NCBI GenBank assembly: GCA_045613125.1
Contig: JAZLAM010000020.1
Coordinates: 4,782 to 68,781, forward strand
Origin: Alphaproteobacteria bacterium
GTDB lineage: Bacteria > Pseudomonadota > Alphaproteobacteria > RF32 > CAG-239
Reading direction: 5' to 3'
Length of the DNA stretch: 64,000 nt
Within the stretch, counting starts at the first letter, position 1. Every line of letters begins with the position of its first letter. Of the stretch, positions 46,101 to 56,700 are shown piece after piece. The notes beneath the pieces were generated by a model, which was not told where the DNA came from, did no database searches, and saw only the letters and a list, made by a program, of their open reading frames with translations. The position numbers and the translations under genes were made by a program.

Positions 46101-47372
46101 ATGGCTTTGTATCGAAAAATAGCAATCATAATAATGAGTTTGTTTATGTTTTTTTCAAACAGTGTAAAAGCTGTTGAATATACTCCTAAAGAGTGGTTAG
46201 ATTGGCTTGATAATTTAAAAAAAGAAATGATTTCAAAAGGAATAAGTGAAAAAACTATTCAAAAAGCTTATAGTAATAAGACATATTATCATAAAACACC
46301 TGAAGTTGTTCAAAAAGATAAAGAACAGACGGAATTTGTTTTGACTTCAAGAGATTATGTAAATAAGTTAGTAAATGAAAAAAGAGTTGATATTGCTCGT
46401 AAGCATTATAAAAAATTACAAAAAAAATATCAAAAAATAGAAGAACAATATGGAGTGCCACTTAATTATTTGACTGCTTTTTGGGCAATTGAGACTAATT
46501 TTGGGCAAAATAAGGGAAAATATCATATAATTGACGGTTTAACAAATTTGAGCTACAAAAACCGACGTTCCAAATTTTTTAAAAATGAACTTTATAATGT
46601 CTTAAAAATTATGGAAAAGTTTGAACTTGAAAACGATAAAATGATGGGATCTTGGGCTGGTGCTATGGGGCATTTTCAATTTATGCCTTCTACGTATAAT
46701 GTTTATGCTATAGACTACGATAACGATGGCATAATTGATATTTGGGATTCTTTTGATGATGCTGTTGCATCGGCAGCAAATTATCTTAGCCATCTAGGGT
46801 GGAAAAAAGATGAACCTTGGGGAATGAAAATAAGCTTACCTTGGAATTTCGATTATACTCAAATCGGATATAAAAAGGTTAAAACTCTTGAAGATTGGGC
46901 AAAAATAGGAATTAGAAAAACAGATGGTAAAAAAATAGATTTGAATTCTGACTTGAAGGCATCGATTATACTTCCTGATGGAAAAAAAGGAAATGCTTAT
47001 ATTATACTTTCTAATTTCAAAAGGATTATGATTTGGAATCGATCTGAAAACTATGCTTTGGCTGTGGCAAGATTGGCAGATTATATTAAAAATTCCCAAA
47101 AATATACTCCTATAAGTTCTGATAGACAATATTTGTTAACTGATAAAGATGTTAAAAAAGTTCAGCGATTTGCAAATAAATTGTTGCGAACAAAATTAAA
47201 AGTAGATGGAATTTTAGGTCCTAAAACTAGAGATGCTGTAAAAATTTTGCAAAAAAAGGCAAAAATGCAACAAGATGGATATCCTGATTATCAATTATTG
47301 CTAAAAATTGATAACTATAATCCTAAAATGGGGTTTATGGTGCCTGTTCAACCTATAAAATCGGTAAAGTAA
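46101..47372 (+). CDS. lytic murein transglycosylase (MltB/SLT_2 family) with C-terminal PG_binding_1 domain
   Basis: Signal peptide; SLT_2-like core; C-terminal LLRTKLKVDGILGPKTRDAVKILQKK peptidoglycan-binding repeat. Confidence 0.75.
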   Translation: MALYRKIAIIIMSLFMFFSNSVKAVEYTPKEWLDWLDNLKKEMISKGISEKTIQKAYSNKTYYHKTPEVVQKDKEQTEFVLTSRDYVNKLVNEKRVDIARKHYKKLQKKYQKIEEQYGVPLNYLTAFWAIETNFGQNKGKYHIIDGLTNLSYKNRRSKFFKNELYNVLKIMEKFELENDKMMGSWAGAMGHFQFMPSTYNVYAIDYDNDGIIDIWDSFDDAVASAANYLSHLGWKKDEPWGMKISLPWNFDYTQIGYKKVKTLEDWAKIGIRKTDGKKIDLNSDLKASIILPDGKKGNAYIILSNFKRIMIWNRSENYALAVARLADYIKNSQKYTPISSDRQYLLTDKDVKKVQRFANKLLRTKLKVDGILGPKTRDAVKILQKKAKMQQDGYPDYQLLLKIDNYNPKMGFMVPVQPIKSVK

Positions 47373-48194
47373 ATGAAAGTGACTAAATTTAAAATATTAT
47401 CTCTGTTGATGATTGCTTTTTTATATGGATGTGCTTCAAAAGGTACCCCAGAATTAAGTGGCTTATCACCGCAAGCTCAGGCAATAGCAATTAAAAACTA
47501 TGGTGGTGTTTATAAAGTTGGCAATCCCTATAAAATTATGGGAAGATGGTATTACCCGAAAGAAGATTATTCTTATTCAGAAGTAGGAATAGCCAGTTGG
47601 TATGGAGAAGATTTTCATGCAAAAAAAACAGCCAATGGTGAAGTTTATGATATGAATACTTTGACTGCAGCACACAGAACTCTTCCATTACCGTCTATAG
47701 TTAAGGTTACAAATTTGGAAAACGGACGATCATTGGTGTTACGAGTTAATGATAGAGGTCCGTATGCAAAAGAACGTATAATTGATATTTCAAAACGAGG
47801 GGCGCAACTTTTAGGATATCAAACTAAAGGAATAACAAAGGTAAAAGTTGAAATTATGGCTGAAGAAAGTAAGGCTCTAAAAGCAGCAATGCTGGGACAA
47901 AAAACTTCTAATATTTCGAGGATACCTGTGATAAAAATATCAAGTTCTGATGAAAATAGTTCTAATACAATATATTATGTTCAAGTAGGGTCTTTTTCAC
48001 AAAAAAAATTAGCAGATAATTTAAATTCTAGACTTTGTCAATTCGGTAAAAGCGAAGTAAAAGAAATTTACTTAGGTGGCGCAACTTTTTATAGAGTAAG
48101 GATAGGGCCGTTTTCATATAAAGAAGATGCCGATATTATGTTAAATAAGGTTAGAGATTATGGTATTTATGATGCCAGAGTTGTTAAAAATTAA
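47373..48194 (+). CDS. rlpA: septal ring lytic transglycosylase RlpA (DPBB domain + C-terminal SPOR domain) lipoprotein
   Basis: Lipobox FLYGC. DPBB motifs (ASWYGEDFHAKKTANGEVYD...TAAHRTLPLPS...VRVNDRGP). SPOR-like tail (YYVQVGSF...YRVRIGPF). Confidence 0.85.
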   Translation: MKVTKFKILSLLMIAFLYGCASKGTPELSGLSPQAQAIAIKNYGGVYKVGNPYKIMGRWYYPKEDYSYSEVGIASWYGEDFHAKKTANGEVYDMNTLTAAHRTLPLPSIVKVTNLENGRSLVLRVNDRGPYAKERIIDISKRGAQLLGYQTKGITKVKVEIMAEESKALKAAMLGQKTSNISRIPVIKISSSDENSSNTIYYVQVGSFSQKKLADNLNSRLCQFGKSEVKEIYLGGATFYRVRIGPFSYKEDADIMLNKVRDYGIYDARVVKN

Positions 48195-48207
48195 AGGAGA
48201 TTGTTTG

Positions 48208-49353
48208 ATGAAAAATAAATATAAATTGTTGGCTTATACTTTTTTATGTAGTTTGATTTCTACAGAAGTTCTTTCTTTTGAAACATCAGCTAAAAATGCT
48301 ATATTGATGGATTATGATACAGGGGCATACATATATACAAAAAATCATGATGTAAAGGTAGCTCCGGCATCTATGAGCAAATTGATGACAATTTATGTTG
48401 TTTTTGATAAAATAAAAAGCGGGTTACTTTCTTTAGATGATGTTTTTACTGTCAGCGAAAATGCTTGGCGTAAAGGAGGAGCAGCAAGTGGTAGTTCAAC
48501 AATGTTTTTAAAAATAGGTGAAAAAGTAACTGTTGAAGATTTACTCAAAGGTATCATTATTCAATCGGGTAATGATGCTTGCATAGTTATGGCTGAAAAT
48601 ATTGCCGGTTCTGAAGAAAATTTTACTGTTTTGATGAATGAAATGGCTGAAAAAATAGGATTAAAAAATAGTAGTTTTGCGAATTCTACAGGGTGGCCTC
48701 ATCCGGATCATAAAATGTCAGTTGAAGACTTAGCTAAACTTTCAAAATTATTAATTAAAGATTTCAATGAATATTATCATTTATTTTCACAAAAAGAGTT
48801 TACACATAACAATATTAAACAATCTAACAGAAATCCGTTATTGTACAGTATGGAAGCTGCTGATGGTTTGAAAACCGGGCATACAGATGAGGCAGGATTT
48901 TGTCTTAGTGCATCGGCATATAAAAATGGTCGTCGTTTAATTGGAGTGATGAGTGGTATGGCAAGTAATAAAGAACGCTCTGAAGAAACGGAAAAGCTTA
49001 TGAACTATGGCTTTCGAGAGTTTGATAATTATAAAATAGTTAATAAAAATGATGTAATGGCAACAGCAAATGTTTGGTATGGACAAAGTAAAACAATTGA
49101 TTTGGTTGTACCGTATGATATAACAGAAACAATTAAGAGAAATTTACGCGATAAGTATGAACTAAAAGCTCGTTACAAAGAACCTGTTAAAGCTCCGATA
49201 AGAAAAGGAGATACTGTTGGAAAAATTATTTTAGTAGATGCTGAGGGTGTAGAAAAAGAATTTCCTCTAGTTGCAAAAGATAATGTTGAACAAATTGGAG
49301 TATTTCAAAAATTTGTTGCTAATTTAAAATATTTAGTATTGGGAAATAAATAA
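48208..49353 (+). CDS. dacA: D-alanyl-D-alanine carboxypeptidase (PBP5/6 family, S11 peptidase)
   Basis: SxxK (SMSKLMT), SGN (IQSGND) and KTG (KTGHT) motifs. Start set at 48208 with aaggag SD. Confidence 0.85.
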   Translation: MKNKYKLLAYTFLCSLISTEVLSFETSAKNAILMDYDTGAYIYTKNHDVKVAPASMSKLMTIYVVFDKIKSGLLSLDDVFTVSENAWRKGGAASGSSTMFLKIGEKVTVEDLLKGIIIQSGNDACIVMAENIAGSEENFTVLMNEMAEKIGLKNSSFANSTGWPHPDHKMSVEDLAKLSKLLIKDFNEYYHLFSQKEFTHNNIKQSNRNPLLYSMEAADGLKTGHTDEAGFCLSASAYKNGRRLIGVMSGMASNKERSEETEKLMNYGFREFDNYKIVNKNDVMATANVWYGQSKTIDLVVPYDITETIKRNLRDKYELKARYKEPVKAPIRKGDTVGKIILVDAEGVEKEFPLVAKDNVEQIGVFQKFVANLKYLVLGNK

Positions 49354-49997
49354 TGTTAGGTAAATTTATCACATTCGAAGGTGGAGAAGGTACAGGAAAA
49401 TCAACCCAAATCAAGTTACTATCTGATTTTCTTAAACTAAAAAATAAAGATGTAATTTTAACCAAAGAACCGGGAGGAACCGATATAGGGTTGGAATTGA
49501 GGCGTATTTTAATTGAAGGAGAAGTAAGCAAACTTGATGCAGAGGCAGAGGCTTTGTTGTTTTTTGCGGATAGACGCATACATATGGTGAAAAAAGTTTG
49601 GCCGGCTATTAACAATGGAAATTGGGTGCTAAGTGACAGATTTGCAGATTCTACTATGGCTTATCAATATTATGCCTATGATAAAAGATTATCAAAAGAA
49701 GATATAAATATGTTATATTCTTTTGCTGTCGGAAATTTTAAGCCTGATTTAACAATAGTGTTGGATATTGATCCTAAAATAGGTTTAGCCAGATCGTTTA
49801 AAAAGGCCGAAACCATGCTTAATAAAGAAACAAGAAATGAAAACAGAGAACTTATTTGGCATGAAAATTTAAGAAAAGGGTATTTAGAAATAGCAAAAGC
49901 TGAACCTGAAAGATGTGTTGTTTTAGATGCAAATAAAAGTATTGAAGATTTGCATTCTGATGTTGTAAAAGCAGTTGCTGACAGATTTGGATTATAA
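49353..49997 (+). CDS. tmk: thymidylate kinase
   Basis: P-loop FITFEGGEGTGKSTQ and the DRF/LID region. Confidence 0.9.
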   Translation: MLGKFITFEGGEGTGKSTQIKLLSDFLKLKNKDVILTKEPGGTDIGLELRRILIEGEVSKLDAEAEALLFFADRRIHMVKKVWPAINNGNWVLSDRFADSTMAYQYYAYDKRLSKEDINMLYSFAVGNFKPDLTIVLDIDPKIGLARSFKKAETMLNKETRNENRELIWHENLRKGYLEIAKAEPERCVVLDANKSIEDLHSDVVKAVADRFGL

Positions 49998-50000
49998 CAT

Positions 50001-51044
50001 ATGGAAAATATTTCACCTAATCAAAATTCTTATCTTTTAGGTCATGATGATGCACTTGATAAATTTTTAAATGCGTTTAAACAAGGTACACTTCATAACT
50101 CATGGCTTATAAGCGGCCCTCAAGGTGTAGGAAAAGCAACTTTTGCCTATAAAATAGCTCGGTTTTTGTTAGCATCAAAAGATGACAAAGTAACTGAATA
50201 TACATCAATTCATATAACGGAAAATCATCCTGTTTTTAAATTAGTATCATCAAATTCACACCCGGATTTAAAAGTTCTTGAGCGAGATTTTATAGAAACT
50301 GACAAGAAAAAGATTATAAAAGCAATAAAAGATGGGGAGCCTCTTGATGAGTCAGAACTTAAAAATTTAAAAAAATCAGCTGTAATTCGAATTGATGATA
50401 TAAGAAGTGTTAATGATTTTTTGAATAAAAAGTCGTTTGATGGTAATTGGCGTGTTGTAATTATTGATTGTGCCGATGATATGAACGCAAATTCTGCCAA
50501 TGGGTTATTAAAAGTGTTGGAAGAACCTCCTGCAAAAAGTGTTTTACTTCTGATTTCTCATAATCCAAATAAATTGTTGCCGACTATAAAATCAAGGTGT
50601 GCGAAAATTAATCTTTCGCCTTTAAATGCAAATATAGTATCATCTCTGTTACGCCGTTATCGTCCGAATTTGTCAGAAGTTGAGATCGAAAAATTATCAC
50701 AAATTTGTTCCGGAAGTATCGGAAAAGCGATAAATTATGCAGATAATAACGGATTGATGTTATACCAAATGCTGGAAAACTTGTTTTTTGCCGGAAAAGA
50801 TTTTGATGTTGTAAAAGCAATTGAATTGGCAACTATGGTATCAAAAGATGAAAACGTTTGGGATTTATTGCAAGAATTGGTTACAAAGTTTATTTCAGAT
50901 ATGATGTTGGGTGGTGAACATGTTGAAGAATTAGGACAAGCATGGGATAAAGTAAGAGTTATTTTTGCAGATACAATAAATCTGAATATGGATAAAAAGC
51001 AAGCCATGATAAATATAATCAATACAATATGTAAGGCTATATAG
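50001..51044 (+). CDS. holB: DNA polymerase III subunit delta'
   Basis: AAA+ Walker-A-like GPQGVGKATFAYKIARFLL; tmk-holB-tatD synteny. Confidence 0.85.
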   Translation: MENISPNQNSYLLGHDDALDKFLNAFKQGTLHNSWLISGPQGVGKATFAYKIARFLLASKDDKVTEYTSIHITENHPVFKLVSSNSHPDLKVLERDFIETDKKKIIKAIKDGEPLDESELKNLKKSAVIRIDDIRSVNDFLNKKSFDGNWRVVIIDCADDMNANSANGLLKVLEEPPAKSVLLLISHNPNKLLPTIKSRCAKINLSPLNANIVSSLLRRYRPNLSEVEIEKLSQICSGSIGKAINYADNNGLMLYQMLENLFFAGKDFDVVKAIELATMVSKDENVWDLLQELVTKFISDMMLGGEHVEELGQAWDKVRVIFADTINLNMDKKQAMINIINTICKAI

Positions 51045-51830
51045 ATGTTGATAGATAGTCATTGTCATTTAAATTCAGTTGATAATTTAGAGGAAATAGT
51101 TAAACGAGCGAAAGAAAACGGCGTTGATGTCATGCTCAATGCCGGAGGAAAGTTTGATGAACTGAAACAAAGCTTGAATATATGTCAACAATTTAAAAAT
51201 ATCTACACTGTTAGTGGTGTGCATCCTCATGATGCAAAAGATTATGAAAATATTAAGGCTGAAGATGTTTTAAACAATCTAGTACATGATAAAGTTGTGG
51301 CAATTGGTGAGTGTGGGCTTGATTATTATTATGATTTTAGTCCTAAAGAGGTACAAAGAAAAGTTTTGAAAGAAATGATAAAAGCCGCACAAGAAAGTAA
51401 TTTACCGATAATTATTCATAACAGACAATCAGATGATGATATGATAGAGATTTTAACAACTTCATATAAACAAAAGCCGTTTAGCGGTGTTATTCATTGC
51501 TTTTCTTCATCTTGGAGTTTGGCAAAAGTAGCTCTTGATATAGGTTTTTATATATCAGCTTCAGGAATTATAACGTTTAATTCAGCTTCAGACATTAGGG
51601 ATTGTTTTATTAAGGTTCCTCTGGATAGGTTATTAATAGAAACAGATACGCCATATTTAGCTCCTGTTCCCAAAAGAGGAAAAGTAAATGAACCAGCACA
51701 TATTGTATATACAGCAAAATGTTTAGCACAGATAAAAGATGTTGATTTTAATATAATATCAGATATAACGACATCAAACTTTTTTAATTTATTCAAAAAA
51801 ACAAATAAGAAGGGTCTGTCAAATGAATAA
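51045..51830 (+). CDS. tatD: TatD-family metal-dependent deoxyribonuclease/hydrolase
   Basis: DSHCHL start and the HxH...H...E...H...D TIM-barrel metal ligands. Confidence 0.85.
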   Translation: MLIDSHCHLNSVDNLEEIVKRAKENGVDVMLNAGGKFDELKQSLNICQQFKNIYTVSGVHPHDAKDYENIKAEDVLNNLVHDKVVAIGECGLDYYYDFSPKEVQRKVLKEMIKAAQESNLPIIIHNRQSDDDMIEILTTSYKQKPFSGVIHCFSSSWSLAKVALDIGFYISASGIITFNSASDIRDCFIKVPLDRLLIETDTPYLAPVPKRGKVNEPAHIVYTAKCLAQIKDVDFNIISDITTSNFFNLFKKTNKKGLSNE

Positions 51831-52617
51831 ACTTGTTATATTAGGTAGTGGTGCGGCTCCGGGTGTCCCATCCTTGACATCAGGTTGGGGTGCTTGCAAT
51901 CCTAATAATCCTAAAAACAGACGCAGACGTACAAGTGTATATGTTGAAATTGAAGGTGTTAAGTTTTTGATTGATACGTCACCAGATATTCATTGGCAAC
52001 TGTTGGACAATAATATCAGACATGTTGATGCTGTTTTGTACACACATTCGCATGCAGATCATTTGCACGGAATTGACGATTTAAGAGATTTAAACCGAAT
52101 ATCAAAACAATCAATAGAAGTATATTCTAATTTTGATACAATAGAGGTTATAAAAAATAGATTTCCATATTTGGTAACAGATAAGAACACACCTAATAAT
52201 CCATTATATAAAGCAAGTCTATCGCTTAATGTCGTTGAATTTACAAAGCCGTTTTATGTGAAAGGTGTTAAGATTGTTCCGATAAAATTATCAGGTCATC
52301 CGGTTACTACAAACGGATATATATTTAATGATAATGAACTTGTATATATTGCTGATTGTTTACAAATTGAAGATACAAGCTTGCGTTTGATAGAAAAAAA
52401 TCCTAAATTAATGGTAATGCCACTTACGATTATACAATCTAAATGGGAAAAACCTTATCATATGGGACTTGAAAAGTTATTAGAATATGTTAATATCATC
52501 GAACCTTGTAAGATGGTTATAAATCATATGGCTGTAGAATGTGATTATGATAATGTAAATAACTTAACACCTGAAAATGTTTTACCAGCCTATGATAATA
52601 TGGTAGTAGAGTTTTAA
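51823..52617 (+). CDS. MBL-fold metallo-hydrolase (PhnP/GPP-like)
   Basis: HSHADHLHG metallo-beta-lactamase motif; overlaps the tatD end by 8 nt (operon). Confidence 0.75.
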   Translation: MNKLVILGSGAAPGVPSLTSGWGACNPNNPKNRRRRTSVYVEIEGVKFLIDTSPDIHWQLLDNNIRHVDAVLYTHSHADHLHGIDDLRDLNRISKQSIEVYSNFDTIEVIKNRFPYLVTDKNTPNNPLYKASLSLNVVEFTKPFYVKGVKIVPIKLSGHPVTTNGYIFNDNELVYIADCLQIEDTSLRLIEKNPKLMVMPLTIIQSKWEKPYHMGLEKLLEYVNIIEPCKMVINHMAVECDYDNVNNLTPENVLPAYDNMVVEF

Positions 52618-52633
52618 TTAAAAGGAAATAAAG

Positions 52634-53527
52634 ATGCTTTGTATATATCATATTGCCGATCATGACGGAAAAGGGTCCGCCGCTATTGTTAAAAGTGTAT
52701 ATCCTGAAATTGAGCTTTTAGGACTAAATCATGATATGGAGATTCCTTATGATGAAATATTAAAACACGATAAAATCGTGGTATGCGATATATCATTACC
52801 GGTTGATTTTATGTTTAAGTTAAGTCAAGAAAAAGATTTCGTGTGGATAGATCATCATATTTCGGTGATCGAGCAATATGAAAGCAAATTACAATCGGAA
52901 GGTTTGGAACCAATTAAAGGAATAAGGCGTGTCGGAACGGCAGCAATGATTTTAACTTGGGAATATTTTTATCCTAACAAAGAACTACCATTAGGAATTA
53001 AACTTTTAGGGTTAAATGATATATTTGATTTAAGAGATAAAAGGGTGCGAGCCTTTGAATATGCAATGCAAGCAATAGGTGTAAACAGACCTACGGATAA
53101 AGTGTGGAAAGAACTCATAGAAGACACAATGGATATAGATTCAATGGTTGAAAAGGGTAAAGCCATATTATCTTATATCAGAAACCGTAATTTCAGACTT
53201 GTAAGAGCAGAGGCTTTTGTGAGCGAGTTTGAAGGATATAAGTGTATTTGTGCCAATATGCCTCAAGGATATTCAGAATTTTATGATTCTCTTGATAATA
53301 TTAAAGACTATGATGTGATGATAAATTTCTTCATGAATAAGAAAAATTGTTGGAACTTATCATTTTATACAGCAAAAGATGATGTTGACGTATCAAAAAT
53401 TGCTGAAAAATTTGGCGGTGGAGGTCATGCAAAAGCAGCAGGGGCTTCGTCGTTAAAAGAATTGCCTGAATTTTTACGAAACGGCACAATGTGGGTAAGC
53501 CCTAAATTGTTAAATCAGAATAATTAA
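52634..53527 (+). CDS. DHH/DHHA1 phosphoesterase (NrnA-like oligoribonuclease/pAp phosphatase)
   Basis: DHH motifs I-III (HIADHDGKGSAAI; WIDHH) and DHHA1 GGGGHAKAAG. Confidence 0.7.
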   Translation: MLCIYHIADHDGKGSAAIVKSVYPEIELLGLNHDMEIPYDEILKHDKIVVCDISLPVDFMFKLSQEKDFVWIDHHISVIEQYESKLQSEGLEPIKGIRRVGTAAMILTWEYFYPNKELPLGIKLLGLNDIFDLRDKRVRAFEYAMQAIGVNRPTDKVWKELIEDTMDIDSMVEKGKAILSYIRNRNFRLVRAEAFVSEFEGYKCICANMPQGYSEFYDSLDNIKDYDVMINFFMNKKNCWNLSFYTAKDDVDVSKIAEKFGGGGHAKAAGASSLKELPEFLRNGTMWVSPKLLNQNN

Positions 53528-53538
53528 TAATCGGATTT

Positions 53539-54684
53539 GTGAAAATGAGTGAAACAGATTATTACGATCTTTTAGAAGTAAATAAAAATGCGAGCGCAGA
53601 TGAAATTAAGCGCTCATTCAGAAAATTAGCAATGAAATATCATCCGGATAGAAATCCTGGGGATAAAGATGCGGAACAACGCTTCAAAGAAATTAACGAA
53701 GCTTATGAAGTATTAAAAGATGATCAGAAACGTGCTGCATATGACAGATATGGACATCAAGCATTTCAAAGCGGTATGGGAGGTGGAAATCCGTTTGGTG
53801 GCGGTTTTGGTTTTAATGCAGAAGATTTATCAGATTTATTTTCTAACGTGTTTAATGATTTTATGGGTGGCGGAATGCGTTCTGCCCGTAAAAACGGACC
53901 TAAACGTGGAGAAGATTTAAGCTATGCGTTAGAAATATCGTTAGAAGAAGCTTTTACAGGTGTTGAAAAAGAAATAGCTGTTCGTACAACCCAAACTTGC
54001 GAAAAATGTTCCGGACATGGTACTGCAGATGGTAAAGAAGCTCCTGTTTGTGATATGTGTCACGGAAGCGGTAAAGTTCGTACTCAGCAGGGTGGATTTT
54101 TTGTATTTGAAACTGTATGCCCAAGATGTAGAGGTGAGGGAAAAGTTGTAAAAGATAAATGTCGAGAATGCCATGGTGAAGGAGTCGTAAGAGTAGAAAA
54201 ATCTTTGAAAGTTAAGGTTCCGGCCGGCGTTGAGGATAATACACGTATGCGTATAACTGGTGCTGGACAAACTGGTAAAAATGGAGGGCCTAAAGGCGAT
54301 TTATATATATTTATCAATATTAAAGAGCATAAACTTTATGAAAGAGATGATAAAAATTTATACACATCCGTTCCTGTGTCAATGGTCTGTGCAACATTGG
54401 GAGGAAGGGTTGAAATACCCGGAATTGATGGTCAAAAGGTGGAAATAAAAATATCTGCCGGAGCTCAAACAGGAGATAAGTTAAGAATAAAAAATGAAGG
54501 TATGAGTATACTTAATTCGGATAAAAGGGGAGACTTGTTTGTTATATTAAAAGTTGTTACTCCAACAAATTTAACATCTCGTCAAAAAGAATTATTGGAA
54601 GAGTTTAGAGATATAACAGGTGATGACAGTTGCCAACCGGAAATAAAAACATTTTTGGATAAGATAAAAGATCTGTTCAAATAG
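53539..54684 (+). CDS. dnaJ: molecular chaperone DnaJ
   Basis: J-domain HPD (KYHPDRNPGD), G/F-rich linker, four CxxCxGxG zinc-finger repeats, C-terminal dimerisation region. Confidence 0.95.
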   Translation: MKMSETDYYDLLEVNKNASADEIKRSFRKLAMKYHPDRNPGDKDAEQRFKEINEAYEVLKDDQKRAAYDRYGHQAFQSGMGGGNPFGGGFGFNAEDLSDLFSNVFNDFMGGGMRSARKNGPKRGEDLSYALEISLEEAFTGVEKEIAVRTTQTCEKCSGHGTADGKEAPVCDMCHGSGKVRTQQGGFFVFETVCPRCRGEGKVVKDKCRECHGEGVVRVEKSLKVKVPAGVEDNTRMRITGAGQTGKNGGPKGDLYIFINIKEHKLYERDDKNLYTSVPVSMVCATLGGRVEIPGIDGQKVEIKISAGAQTGDKLRIKNEGMSILNSDKRGDLFVILKVVTPTNLTSRQKELLEEFRDITGDDSCQPEIKTFLDKIKDLFK

Positions 54685-54703
54685 TGTGTGGTAAGGAGAA
54701 GAT

Positions 54704-55951
54704 ATGATATTTTCAAGATTTGAAAGAATAGTTGCCGGGCGATATTTAAGAGCAAAACGTAAAGAAGGGTTTATTTCTGTGATAACAGGTTTTGCTTTTA
54801 CGGGTATTGCTTTGGGTGTAGCAACTCTTATAATCGTTATGTCCGTAATGAATGGCTTTAAAAGTGAGTTGTTATCCAGAATTTTGGGTATTAACGGACA
54901 TATTATGATTGCATCAACTCCCGGATTTCCATTCACGGACTATAAAAATGCAGTTGAAGATATTGAAAAAATCGGTGGAGTTAAAGTTGCTATTCCTATG
55001 ATTGAAAATCAAATTCTACTATCTTCAAGGAGTGGTTCCGTTGGAGCAATGGTTAGGGGTATCCATAAAGAAGATTTGCTTAAAAAACAGGTGTTGCGTA
55101 ATGCTATGTCTTCGATAAGTGTAGATAATTTTCGTGATAATATGGTGGTCGTAGGTAATAGACTTGCTGATAAATTAGGTGTTTTACCCGGAGATGAAAT
55201 TACGCTTATATCTCCTAACGGAAAAGTGACAGCATTTGGTACAATGCCAAGAATGAAATCTTATCAGGTTTTAGGAACGTTTGATGTTGGTATGTATGAA
55301 TATGATGCAAATTATATTTTTATGCCGATGGAAGCTGCTCAAAAATATTTTAGTATGCCAGAATCTGCAGAACAGATTGATGTTACTTTAAATAATGAAA
55401 CAGATTTAGCGTCACTTAAAGCTCTTATCGAGCAAGGAGTAGGTATGGATGCTTATGTTTATGATTATAAGCAAACTAATTCGGCGTTTTTTAATGCAAT
55501 TGATGTCGAGCGTAATGTCATGTTTTTGATATTGACACTTATTATTATCGTTGCGGCATTTAACATAATTACGGGGTTAATTATGCTAGTAAAAGATAAA
55601 GGTCGAGATATTGCTGTTTTACGGACTATGGGTGCAACAAAAGGTATGATTATGCGCATATTCTTTATTGATGGTGCTTTTATAGGTGTTGTCGGTACTG
55701 TAATAGGTTTGATTTTAGGAGTATTGTTTTGTGAAAATATTGAAAGTATTCGCCAATTTTTGGAAGGATTATCAGGACGTGAATTGTTTTCAGCAGAAAT
55801 ATACTTTTTATCAAAATTGCCGGCCAAAATAGACTTTAATGAAGTGGCAATTGTTGCTGGGGTATCGTTAATGCTTTCATTTTTAGCAACGTTATATCCG
55901 GCGTACAGAGCTGCAAAATATGATCCGGTGGAGGCTTTGCGTTATGAATAA
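54704..55951 (+). CDS. lolC: lipoprotein-releasing ABC transporter permease LolC/LolE
   Basis: MacB/FtsX-type topology with a large periplasmic loop and C-terminal ...YPAYRAAKYDPVEALRYE. Confidence 0.85.
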   Translation: MIFSRFERIVAGRYLRAKRKEGFISVITGFAFTGIALGVATLIIVMSVMNGFKSELLSRILGINGHIMIASTPGFPFTDYKNAVEDIEKIGGVKVAIPMIENQILLSSRSGSVGAMVRGIHKEDLLKKQVLRNAMSSISVDNFRDNMVVVGNRLADKLGVLPGDEITLISPNGKVTAFGTMPRMKSYQVLGTFDVGMYEYDANYIFMPMEAAQKYFSMPESAEQIDVTLNNETDLASLKALIEQGVGMDAYVYDYKQTNSAFFNAIDVERNVMFLILTLIIIVAAFNIITGLIMLVKDKGRDIAVLRTMGATKGMIMRIFFIDGAFIGVVGTVIGLILGVLFCENIESIRQFLEGLSGRELFSAEIYFLSKLPAKIDFNEVAIVAGVSLMLSFLATLYPAYRAAKYDPVEALRYE

Positions 55952-56666
55952 GATATCTACTTTAGAATTAAGGCAAATTTGTAAACACTATTATCAGGGC
56001 GAACAAAAACTGGAAGTTTTAAAAGAGCTTGATTTAAAAATTGCACCTAAGGAAGTGGTAGCATTGATTGGCCCTTCAGGTTCAGGTAAATCTACATTGT
56101 TACAAATTGCAGGACTTTTAGACAGACCTACAAGCGGTGAAATTTTAATTGATGGGCAGAGTTATGCAAAAGCCGGAGATTCTTTAAGGACAACGTTAAG
56201 AAGAGATTATATGGGTTTTGTTTATCAGTATCACAATTTGTTATCAGATTTTAATGCTTTAGAAAATGTGATGATACCTCAGCTTATTGCAGGTGTAAAA
56301 TATGCTATGGCAAAGGAAAAATCAGAATGGCTATTATCCAGGCTTGGTTTAAAAGAAAGATTGTTACATCGTCCTGCTGAAATGTCAGGTGGTGAACAGC
56401 AACGTGTCGCAATAGCCAGAGCCCTTGCCAATACACCAAAATTGTTACTTGCTGATGAGCCGACAGGAAACTTAGATCCTAATACATCAGATAATGTTTT
56501 TATTGCATTGTTAGACATTGTAAAAGAGACAGGCTTATCAGCGCTGATTGCTACACATAATATGGAGTTGGCCGGTAAAATGGATAGGCAGTTGCAGTTA
56601 AAAGACGGTAAATTGATAGACTTGCGTCCAAGTAAACGCATAAAAGAAACCAAAAACTTTTATTAG
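55944..56666 (+). CDS. lolD: lipoprotein-releasing system ATP-binding protein LolD
   Basis: Walker A GPSGSGKST, signature LSGGEQQR, Walker B LLLADEPT. Start set at 55944 with SD ggtggagg. Confidence 0.9.
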   Translation: MNKISTLELRQICKHYYQGEQKLEVLKELDLKIAPKEVVALIGPSGSGKSTLLQIAGLLDRPTSGEILIDGQSYAKAGDSLRTTLRRDYMGFVYQYHNLLSDFNALENVMIPQLIAGVKYAMAKEKSEWLLSRLGLKERLLHRPAEMSGGEQQRVAIARALANTPKLLLADEPTGNLDPNTSDNVFIALLDIVKETGLSALIATHNMELAGKMDRQLQLKDGKLIDLRPSKRIKETKNFY

Positions 56667-56670
56667 GATA

Positions 56671-56700
56671 AAAAAACTCCGGACTAGCCGGAGTTTTTTC
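56671..56700. terminator. bidirectional hairpin terminator between convergent lolD and the 56700-57422 gene
   Basis: aaaaaa ctccgg actag ccggag tttttt. Confidence 0.7.

Noticed and set aside
53539-54684. dnaJ without an adjacent dnaK, considered as a sign of rearrangement or a specialised J-protein
   Set aside because: The protein has the complete type-I DnaJ architecture (J domain, G/F linker, four zinc repeats, C-terminal domain). Separation from dnaK occurs in reduced genomes, so on its own this is not remarkable.
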